Positions 49,782 through 60,484 of a DNA stretch of 64,000 bases are shown one piece after another. Origin of the DNA: Eledone cirrhosa (Eukaryota). How positions within the stretch are numbered: the first letter of the stretch is position 1; the number at the start of each line of letters is the position of its first letter. A program made the translations under genes and the position numbers. The stretch is taken from assembly GCA_964016885.1 (NCBI GenBank), contig OZ024740.1:244590001-244654000 (forward strand), given 5' to 3'. The notes under the pieces are model-generated. The model was not told where the DNA came from. It ran no database searches and saw nothing but the letters and a program-made list of their open reading frames with translations.

Positions 49782-51396
49782 AGCATATGCCGACGATGTC
49801 ACCGTAGTGGTGTCGAACGCCAAACACATCGAGGCGATCGGCACTACACTAAGAGAATACGAAGCGGTGACAGGAGCAATGATCAACCAGGAAAAGTCAG
49901 TGGGCCTGCAGCTCGGCACCTGGAGAGGCAGGTCCATGCCGTCCAACAGCGTCGTCGGGCGCTGGACGGACGGACCGGTTAAATTGCTAGGGGTCTGGTT
50001 CGGTCCAGACCTCCAGACGGACAAAAACTGGGACGAGGTGACGAGCAGGGTGGCTTCTCTCACCCAGAAATGGGCCGAGAGGAAGCTATCCCTGAAAGGT
50101 CGAGCGGAGGTGGCGAATGCGTACATCGCATCCGTCATCTACTACCGCCTGACCGTCGTACCTTGTCCTAAGCCCCGCCTGACTGCGCTGGAGCGTTTGC
50201 TCTTTCGCTTCTTGTGGAAGGGACGCGCTCCGATGGTCAGGCGGTCCATCTGCTGTCAACACCCGCTACGTGGAGGGCTGGGCATGCCGTGGCTGATGAT
50301 GCGCAGACACGCGCTCAGGCTACGACATCTCCACCTCTTCCTCGACGGTGATCAGGTGTGGTCGCCGTTTGCTAGACACGTTTTTCCCCAGCTCGTCTCC
50401 TTGACGGAGCTGCAGTCCTGGGTCAAGCGAAGACCGAGAGGGAGCGCTTGGAGACTGGAATGTCTTCAGGCGCTCACAGCCCTCGACCAATCGGGCAATG
50501 TGATTGGTGGAAACTCCACCTTGGCGTTCTATAGGGGATTAGTGGAGGGGAAGAGCGACGACGTACTTGGAGAAACTCTAGGCGTCGACGAAAATCAACT
50601 AGCCAATCTCTTCGGAAGGACTTTCGGGCCGGGGCCTATGGACAACTTCCAGAAATCCCTGGCCTGGCAGTGCTACCGAGGAGCTTTGCCAGTTCGGGAT
50701 AAACTCTACAGGCATGGAGGTGCCGTCAGCCGGGCATGTCCGAGATGCGCGCAGGGCGACAAAACCGTCCTGCACGCACTCGTCCAGTGTCCGAGCATTG
50801 CTGACTTGTGGGTTTATGTCGAACACCTGCTGTCACGTGTAGGACGGATCCGGCTATCAGCTGAGTCCATCGTGAGGATTGCCCCGCCCCCTTCCTTTAG
50901 CCGGGAAGGGCAGGCAGTTTTTATCTGTCTGGTGGCCATGGCGAAAGAGATAGTATGGTGGACACGTTTGAAAGGGCTGAAGACGAGCACTTACCTCTTC
51001 GGTGATGCCCTGATTAACTTTTTCAAATTTCATTTGAAAAGGAAAATCAGGGTAGAGAGGGAAGTGCTCTCTTCCCAGCATTTTGTTGAAAGATGGGTGA
51101 GAGAAGCAAGTATGGCCCGAATGAATGGGCCTTCTCTGAGTATGTGTCTGTAAATTAAAGGTGGAAAACTGGGAGAGGGCACTTGCCCTGGTGGTCAGGG
51201 CCACTGTGGTCTTTTAATGGGCTTTCTCCACAAATGTCCCTTGGAAGTCTCCCCCCTATTGGGGAATTTTTCTTTGTTATTTTATTTCAACCTCTGTTTT
51301 TTTACACGCAGAAATGCCCACTTGTACCGTCCTGTATTATCCTGTACTGTCCTTAATGTCTGCTTTATGTGAACCCTTGTGGTTAATAAAGAAAAC
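49782..51396 (+). mobile_element. 5'-truncated Tx1-type LINE (copy 3), from the YADD motif to the 3' end
   Basis: Nearly identical to 31263-32884; (ATT)n tail. Confidence 0.92.
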
Positions 51397-51455
51397 ATTA
51401 TTATTATTAGTATTATTGTTATTATTATTATTATTATTATCATTGTTATTGTTAT

Positions 51456-53079
51456 TCCTTGAATCTCAGTCATTGATGTTGGTTAACTGGAAAGTCCGTT
51501 GGATTGAATATCAAGCCACTACCTGCAGCCTCAGATATTCAGGACGTATCGGAGGGTTCTTGCTGTTCCAAGCAAGCATGCCTTTTGAAGCGTTCCAAAA
51601 AGCGTGAAGGGGCCGATTTTCTTTAACCATCCCTGGAAACCTTTGGAGATAGTCCCCAGTGCGCCTATGACAATCGGGATCACTTTGACTTCGTGGCAGT
51701 TCCAAATCCTTTTCACCTCCCACTTTAGGTCCTGGTATCGGTTAATTTTATCCCTCTCCTTCTCTTGCACTCTCGTGTCGAACGGGCAGGCCACATCCAC
51801 AATCAGGCACGATCTTTTTTCTTTGTCCACAACCACCAGGTCAGGTCTATTGTGTTCCAGTTTTTTGTCCGTCTGTATCCTAAAATCCCACAGCACCTGA
51901 CTGTTCTCCATCACCGCCTCTGGCCTATGCTCATACCATTTCTCAGAATGTGGTAGATTGTTTACTTTGCACAGGTGCCAGTGGATCACCCTGCCCATCA
52001 CATCGTGTCTCCAGCCCTTATAGTGGGTCTGGGCTAGGTGTTTACACTCGGACACAATGTGAGCCACAGTCTCCTCTCTCTCTCCACAGATCCTGCACAG
52101 TGGGCTAGCCTCCTCCTTGTAGATATGGTGCTTCAACCACTTCGTTTTGAGGGCCTGCTCCTGCGCAGCCATTAGCATTCCTTCTGTAGCCTTTTTGAGG
52201 TCTCCTCTTCTCAACCAGTTCCATGTCTGTGGATCTCTAAATTCAGTTTTCTCAAAGAAGGTACTATGAAGGGATTTTCCCTTAAGGCTGCTCTTCCTCC
52301 TTGATGTTATTTCCTCCTTGGATATCCCCTGGCCTACTGTCCCCTCCTTCAGTACAGCTCTGAGCATTGGCTCCTTACTATAGGTCACGTATTTGTATAG
52401 GTTGTTTTTCTCCATCTGAACACAGTCCTCTATGCTGATAAGACCTCTTCCACCCTCAGATCTCCTTAGGTAGAGTCTATCGACATCACTCCTCTTGTGG
52501 AACATGTTGTAGATAGTCAATAGCTTCCTAGTCTTCCTATCCATTTCTTTTTGTTCAGCAACATTCCATCTCAGAATTCCCGCACTGTACCTAATAATAG
52601 ACACAGCTCGGGAATTTACTGCGCTTATGGCATTTCTGCTGTTCAGATGTGACTTCAATACGCTCCTTACTCTCCGAATGTATTCAGTTCTTAACAATTC
52701 CTTCATTTTTTTGTTCTTTATGCCATCAGCCTCCAGAACGCCCAAATACTTGTATCCTTCCTCAGAGTCAATTTCCTTTATCATCTCACCTGTTGGTATC
52801 TGGATCCCGTTACTTCTGCTCAACCTACCCCTCTTCATCACAATGACTCCACATTTACCAATACCAAACTGCATACATATATCACTGCTGAAAATACGGA
52901 CAGTGTCAACAAGCACATCCAACTCCTTCTCACTTTTCCCGAAGAGCTTAAGATCGTCCATGAAGAGGAGGTGATTGATGGTAAGCTCTCCCCTTCCCAA
53001 CTTGTATCCTGCTCTCACTTTTCGCAGCATAATGGTCAAGGGCATCAGGGCAAGGACAAACAACAGAGGGGACAGGCTA
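51456..53079 (-). mobile_element. 5'-truncated R4/Dong-like LINE (RT, CCHC finger, restriction-like endonuclease) in a (TAA)n tract
   Basis: SLSPLLF, HLLFMDD, AAQEQ, CRICGEREETVAHIVSEC, RHD, RPDLVVVD..IVDVACP..K..RY. Both flanks are (TAA)n. Confidence 0.9.
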
Positions 53080-53139
53080 TTATTATTATTATTATTATTA
53101 TTATTGTTGTTACTATTATTATTACTTTTTTTTTCCCCC

Positions 53140-56100
53140 AATTCAATGATCTTCCAAAACAATTTAAAAGAGAGAATTGGCAATAAAGGTTCTGGAAAAA
53201 AAGAGATAATTGGCAATAAGGGCAGGGGCCCTAGGTTATCACAGCCTGGGCCCGCTCGTCATCGTGCCACTGTAATAGAGCCAAACAAGGCATTTAGTCT
53301 TGGCTGCTGGAACGTACAGACGCTGCTTGACAGGGATTCCTTGGAGCGTCCTGAACGAAGGACCGCTCTTGTTGCAAAGGAGCTTCGATGTTACGATCTT
53401 GACATCATGGCTTTATCTGAGACGAGGTTAGCTGGAGATGGTCATCTAACAGAATTTTGTGGAGATTATACATTCTTCTGGAAAAGAAGAGATGAAGGAA
53501 CCAGAAGAGAGGATGGGGTAGCATTTGCTGTTAAGACTGTTCTTGTGAATAAATTAGAAGAATTCCCAGTAGGGATTAGTGAGCATCTTATGTCCATGAG
53601 AATTCCGCTGGACAAAGAAAGATATGCGACCCTGGTGAGTGTGTATGCTCCAACTATGAATTCTGTCGAAGAAAATGTGTCCTTTTGAAAGGTGTTTTAA
53701 GAAATATCCCTCAGGCAGACAAAGTCATCGTGCTTGGTGACTTTAATGCTAGAGTGTGTAGGGATTTTAACACATGAAATGTAATCGGAAGGCATGGGGT
53801 GGGTAAGTGTAACAACAATGGTATGCTCCTGCTGCAGATGTGTGAGGAGCTGGATCTGTGTGTTACCAACACCATGTTCCAACAAAAGAAAAAATTTAAG
53901 ACCACAAGCTTGCATCCTGCATCTAAGGAATGGCATCTTTTGGACTACGTCCTAGTCAGGATGCGTGACAGACAGGATGTGCAGTGTATCCGTGCTCTTC
54001 GTGGAGCTGAGTTCTGGATGGACCACCGCCTAGTACGCGCAAAAGTGAAACTAATCACTAAACGTAAAGTCCGGGCTCCTGGTGTTGCCCTGCCCAGAAG
54101 ATTGAATGCTGGTCGTCTCAAGGATAAAAATGTGAAGAGGACATTGGAAGAAGAGATGCAGGTTGCAGATCTTGCTGAGGATTGGACGACCCTTAAAAAG
54201 TCGGTTTATGATGTAGGCAGGCGTGTTCTGGGATTGGTGCAGAGAAAACATCAAGACTGGTTTAATGAGAATGATGAACATATAGAAGACTTGTTGGCTG
54301 ATAAGAGGCATGCTCTGTCGCGCTACTTGACAGCAAAACCACAGGAGAAGAATATGTTGCATAAGGAACTCAAGGATGTGAAATCACGTGTTAGGCAGAT
54401 GAAGGATCAGTGGTGGAATGAGAAGGCTGATTAGATACAAACTGTATCAGATTCCAATAACACAAAGCTGTTGTACAGTCTCTTGCGTGAAGTTTATGGC
54501 CCGTCTTCTTCTCTGGTGACACCGCTTCGCAACAAGTTTGGCAAGGAACTTCTTCGTGACTCACAAGGAATTCTACAAAGGTGGCGAGAGCACTTTGATG
54601 AACTTTTGAATCAGCCGTCTGTCGTCAATGAAGATTTCCTCAATCTCATTCCAGAAAGTCCTGTGAAAGTAGCTCTTGCAGAACCTCCGACGCTTGTGGA
54701 GGTTGCAGTAGCTATCTCGAAGCTGAACAGTGGAAGGTCTCCAGGTATGGATGGCATACATGCAGAGCTCCTACAATATGGTGGTGAGAGACTTCTGCAA
54801 CATCTTCACTCTTTGTTTGGCAGGATATGGGCTAATGAATCCGTACCTGAAGACTGGAGAGATGCAGTAATGGTGGTCTTGTACAAGGGAAAGAGTAACA
54901 GGAATGAACTACAGAGGTATATCATTGCTTTCTGCCGTAGGGAAAGTTTTATGTAGGGTGTTTCTGGACCGTCTGCTGACACACATTGCAGATTGTGTTC
55001 TTCCTGAAAGTTAATCTGGTTTTCGTGCTGGACGCGGCACTACTGATATGATCTTCTCAGCTAGACAGCTCCAGAAGTGCATGGAACAAGGTCTGGATCT
55101 GTATCAGGTTTTTGTCGATCTGACAAAAGCTTTCGATACTGTTAACAGAAATGCATTATGGAAGGTTCTCCAGAAACTTGGTTGCCCTGATAAGTTCCTT
55201 GCTTTAGTTAGGTCTTTCCATGACGACATGAAGGCTTGGGTTAATGTCGGAGGTAACATGTAGGAGCCTATCTCAGTAAAAAATGGAGTGAAACAGGGAG
55301 ATATTCCAGCACCGACCCTGTTTGCCATATACTTTGCAATGGTTTTCTATATTGCATTCAGGAATTGCGAGCATGGTGTTTACATCCGATATCGAACCTC
55401 AGCAGCATATTTAACATCAGGCGCTTTGCTGCAAAAACAAAAGTATTTACATCACTCATAAGAGACTTCTTGTATGCAGATGATTGCGATCTTGTAGCGC
55501 ACACAGAGAGTGATATGCAGCACATTTTGAATGCATTTTCTGATGCTTGCACTGCCCTAGGATTGACTGTCAGTCTCAAGAAAACCGTCGTCATGTACCA
55601 ACCTACCCCTGGTAAGCAGTACATTGAACCAAATATCTATGTGTATGGTAAACGACTTGGAGCGGTTGATCAGTTTGTCTACCTGGGAAGCACTGTCAAT
55701 CGATACATCAACCTTGATAGTGAAATCCCACTCAGGATTAGGAAAGCAAGTAATGCTTTCGGAAAGCTAGAAAGGTGACTCTGGGGTCGGCGAGACATAT
55801 GCAAGAAGACAAAGGTAAAGGTATACAAGGCATGTGTGCTCTCTTCTCTTCTATATGCCAGCGAGACCTGGGTCACATATCGACACCACCTTAAGCAATT
55901 GGAGCGTTTCCATCAGATGTGTCTCAGACGGATCCATGGCGTTCACTGGAGGGATGTCGAAATTTTGGAAAGCTCTATGTGTGACAGTATAGAAGCGTTT
56001 GTGCTTAAGCAACGACTCCGCTGGGGTGGTCACCTTGCCAGGATCAAGGATTCTAGAATACCAAAACAACTCTTTTATGGAGAGTTAGTTAAAGGAAAAC

Positions 56101-56642
56101 GACCGCCACATAAACCAAAAAAGAGGTATAAGGATTCCTTGAAAGCCTCTTTGAAAGACGCTAACATCTTTGCTGATACATGGGAAAATGTTGCTGCTGA
56201 TCGTAATAAATGGAGAAAGACTGTATATGAGGGAAAAGTTGCCTTTGAGGCATCTCGAATCGCATACGAGAAAGTAAAGAGGGATGTGAGGAAGGGCATT
56301 GCTGTTGCACTTCCAGACGGCGAAGGTGCTCCTATGGTGCTGACATGCAGCGTCTGTGCGAGACTCTGCCTAAGCAAAGCTGGACTCGAAAGTCATCTTC
56401 GCAGTCATAAAGTAAGACCAGTGGTTGACTACCAGGCTGCTGTTGGAGATGCTACTCATCATGCTTGCCAAGCATGTGGTAGAGAATGTAAATCAGCAGG
56501 AGGGCTCAAACGACATGCAAAAGTGCATGAACTCCAACCACAGCCGGCTATTCCCAGTGAATGTTTTGGTTGCCGACTCTGTGCAAGACATTTTAGATCA
56601 TTGGCTGGGCTAAAAAGCCACATTCGATCGCAGCGCTGTTAA
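53140..56642 (+). mobile_element. Near full-length RTE-clade (BovB-like) LINE, disrupted, with three C-terminal C2H2-type fingers
   Basis: CWNVQTL, ALSETR, HLLDYVLVR, DHRLV, SPGMDGI, FVDLTKAFD, GVKQG, LYADD, LRWGGHL. Multiple stops and frameshifts. Confidence 0.9.
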
Positions 56643-57084
56643 TTGCTATCGTGTGTGTGTGTGTATGGATATGTTTGTGTGTGAGTGTGTGTGTGTGTAT
56701 ATATATGTATATTATTATTGTTGTTGTTGTCGTTATTATTATTGTTGTTATTATAATTATAATTATTGTTATTATTATGTTGTTTTGTTTGTTTTTCTCG
56801 TGCAATGGCCATACTCGATAACGAGAGGGCAGCCATCATGTATGTACGTATTTATGTATGTACGTATACTTGCTGAGGAGGGTGATTTTGGACACCCTGC
56901 AGGACAAAAAACAAAAAACAAAACCTGACAAAGGGAGGAAGAACTCATAAGATTCAACGACCATCCAAAAATGTGTAAATATGTATATACACATGTACAT
57001 ATGTATGTATATGTAAATATGTATATACACATGTACATATGTATATGTATATATGTATATGCACGTGTGCATGCGTATGCATAT

Positions 57085-57458
57085 GTGCGGGGACATAGAA
57101 ATAGTCAGGCTAGATACCCGATAGTGTGGTTAAACCACTGGGAGTGAAGAAACCCTAGCCTTTATCAGGGCATTCTTCTAGGAGAAGGCAACTCAAGAAA
57201 CTGGGATAACTCCGACATAAAACCTGCGACAGTAGTTACCGATGATGTTGATCTTTTCTTCTTTTCGGGTTATAGCTACTGTCGCTCAGAGAGTGGGATT
57301 GGCTCAGTGCACAGTCTTTCCTCACTTTAAAAAAAATCTTCATGCACAGGCATTGCACGATAGAATTAATTAATAATTATTAATAATGGTATATCGTGCA
57401 ATGGCCATACTCGATAACGAGGGGGCAGCCATCATGTATGTATGTATGTATGTATGTA
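57085..57458 (+). mobile_element. Uninterrupted copy of the structured RTE-related SINE with (TATG)n tail
   Basis: Contains GGGCATTCTTCTAGGAGAAGGCAACTC (resembles RTE 5' UTR motifs), an internal TAATAATTATTAATAAT tract, and the 3' end CGTGCAATGGCCATACTCGATAACGAG..GCAGCCATCA(TGTA)n. Confidence 0.75.
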
Positions 57459-57928
57459 AAACTGTAGAAATATGTTTCTTAAAATATTGTCAATGATGCC
57501 ACATTACTATATGTATAAAAAATGATGTGAAGTTTGAAGGCCATACAATGCGAAATGGACGAACAAGAAAATAAGACGAAACATGATATTATGTGTTACC
57601 TCATTTATTTATATGTCCTGATATTTCGAGGTTTGTTGTCAGCAAAATTATTAGTTCCCTAAATAACTTCCAGACCGTTCTTACCTTTGCTACCATACTT
57701 TCAGAGCACCCTCCGCAACAGCTGATTCAGCCAATTAGGTTAACCAGTATGTAATCCAACTAAATATCTTGTGTATCCACAGATTTTACTGTGCAACTTG
57801 TGGAATTTTTACCCATTTACTCCCTTTTCAACATACTAAAGAGACCAGTTTCCTGAGAGTGTCAACTCCTTTTCTTCTTTCTACCTATGAAGACTTATCT
57901 TCGCTTCAAGGTTTTTCTTTCATGCCTG

Positions 57929-58022
57929 CAATTTCGCCTCTAAGACTTCCAGATTCAGCATACTCGATCACCAATATACGGGAGTTCCCTCCCATAGAGT
58001 GCCAGTCATAAACTCCTCTCAC

Positions 58023-58074
<52 letters not shown>

Positions 58075-58169
58075 CACACACACACACACAATTTCGCCTC
58101 TAAGACTTCCAGATTCAGCACACTCGATCACCAATATACGGGAGTTCCCTCCCATAGAGTGCCAGTCAT

Positions 58170-58175
<6 letters not shown>
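57929..58175. repeat. Local tandem duplication of an ~85-bp unit, each copy followed by (CT)n(CA)n
   Basis: AATTTCGCCTCTAAGACTTCC...GCCAGTCATAAACTC at 57930 and 58090. Confidence 0.85.
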
Positions 58176-58225
<50 letters not shown>

Positions 58226-58239
58226 TCTCTCTCTCATTC

Positions 58240-58287
<48 letters not shown>

Positions 58288-58317
58288 TCTCTCTCTCATT
58301 CTCTCTCTCTCCCCCTC

Positions 58318-58374
<57 letters not shown>

Positions 58375-58669
58375 CCATATATATATATATACTTACATGT
58401 ATATATATATGTATTTTCATTAATTGCAGGATTTGTAGCGCGATGGCTAGCTGTAAAGAGGTGATTACTATATGTATAGTAAAAGTCAGGTTAAGATATA
58501 ACCTCATATTGAGCCGAGGAATGGAGAAAGGGAGGTAAAGGAAGAAAGGGAGTCTAAAGCATGAGATGAAAAATGAGAGGAGTATAGAGAGAGAGAAGAG
58601 AAGAGGAGAAAAGCGGGAATGAGATCGATGAAGCAGAGCTTTTGGAGGATTGCAACAAATAAATAAATA

Positions 58670-59750
58670 ATTGTTTCTACTTTTGGCACAAGGCCAGCAA
58701 TTATCCCAGTGTATTACTGGTACTTTATTTTATCGACCCCGTAAGGATGAAAGGCAAAGTTAACCTAGGCGGGATTTGAACTCAGAATGGCAAGGGCCGT
58801 AACTCTATGCATCAAAGCATGGCGTCCAACCCTCTACCGATACTAATGCCCTCTTGCCCTAGACCCAAAGCCCAATCACCCTCCTCCTTGACCACCCCCT
58901 TTTCTGTGACACCAGAGCTCTTGCCATCCCCTTCCCGATCTTTTTCTTCTTTTTTTCTCTTCTCTTTTTTTTTCTATTTGTTTTTCTATATTTCCCTATT
59001 CTTTCTTTCCTTTTGTTTCCCCTCCTTTTTTATTATTTCGATATTGAAAATAAACAAGTATGTATATATTGAAATGTATCACCTAGCTGGTGTGCGCAAC
59101 TTCTGAGCTAATCACATAAATCGCCATCATCATTATTTTCCCGCAACTGATGAAACCAGTTGTTGGGGCACCACCCTATGGAGAAGGGATGAAGAAAGTA
59201 AACTTAGAAGAAAAATAGAACTTTTAGCGTCTTATGCACTCATCAGCTTTGAATCTATCTATATATATATATATTATATTTGGATTGGCAGTATAGGTAG
59301 AGAGTCGGACGCCATGCTTTCCAGCATAGTTACGTCCCTTTACGATCTGAATTCAAATCCCGCCGAGGTTAACTTTGCCTTTCATCCTTACGGGATCGAT
59401 AAAATAAAGTACCAGTAATGTACTGGGTAATTGCTGGCCTTGTGCCAAATGTAGAAACAATTATTTAGTAATTAACTTTGCCTTTCATCCTTACAGGGTC
59501 GATAAAATAAAGCACCAGTAATGCACTGGGGTCAATTTAATCGACTTTCTCTTCCCCTAAAATTGTTGGCCCTGTGTCTAAATCAGAAACAATTATTTAA
59601 TAATTCTGATGAGTTCTCTACAAAGGAATTAAATGCTACCTCCTTCTGTATTTGAATGAAACATGTAAATTAAATAATGTATTAATGTATTGAACCTTAG
59701 TGATAATTAATTTTTCATTTATATATGTACTCTGATTATATATATATATA

Positions 59751-59820
<70 letters not shown>

Positions 59821-60477
59821 CGCGCTCACGCGCGTGGGCGTGTGTGTGTATAATTCTATTTGTTTTCCCAGTACAGTTTTTGTAATAAAACAAAACTTTT
59901 TTTTACCGTAAAGAAAAATAAATCGATGAAAGGATCCTAGAGGAAATTATTATTTACTGATGTAAGTCACGCATCGTTTGTTTGGCAGACCACATCAATC
60001 ATCTTCCACATTTCCTACAAAATGATGATTTCAGTTTCATGTCCTTTATAGAGTGAAACACTTTCTTTTGTATAATAATTGTTTCTATTTTTGGCACAAG
60101 GCCAGCAATTACCCAGTACATTACTGGTACTTTATTTTATCGACCCCGTAAGGATGAAAGGCAAAGTTAACCTCGGCGGGATTTGAACTCAGATCATAAA
60201 GGGACGTAACTATGCTGGAAAGCATGGCGTCCGACTCTCTACCTATACTGCCAATCCAACGATAATGTTTCTACTTTAGGCACAAGGCCAGAAATTCGAA
60301 GGGGATGAGAAAGTCGATTAAATCGACCCCAGTGTATTACTGGTGCTTTATTTTATCGACCCCGTATGGATGAAAAGCAAAGCTATCCTCGGAGGGATTT
60401 GAACTCAAAACGTAAAGGGTCATAACTCTATGCTGCAAAGCATAGTGTCTGACGCTCTACCAATACTGCCAATTTAC
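58670..60477. mobile_element. Cluster of about five tRNA-derived SINE copies in both orientations (58670-58843 -, 59280-59600 +, 60080-60477 -)
   Basis: Repeated family core and B box (GGGATTTGAACTC / GAATTCAAATCCC). Confidence 0.85.
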
Positions 60478-60484
60478 AATAATG

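Noticed and set aside
49585-51153. 522-aa ORF appearing to have a novel N-terminus
   Set aside because: Chance read-through from the antisense strand of an R4 fragment into a truncated Tx1 ORF2.
51531-53216. Poly-Asn N-terminus of the 561-aa ORF
   Set aside because: It is the translated (TAA)n target tract upstream of a 5'-truncated element.
57929-58175. Repeat-spacer-repeat pattern
   Set aside because: Only two units with microsatellite spacers: a local duplication, not a CRISPR-like array.
59135-59250. CTGATGA motifs on both strands (59151 +, ~59245 -) and at 59605
   Set aside because: Stem II is absent or GAAA is mutated to TAAA. Possibly decayed hammerheads, but not supportable.
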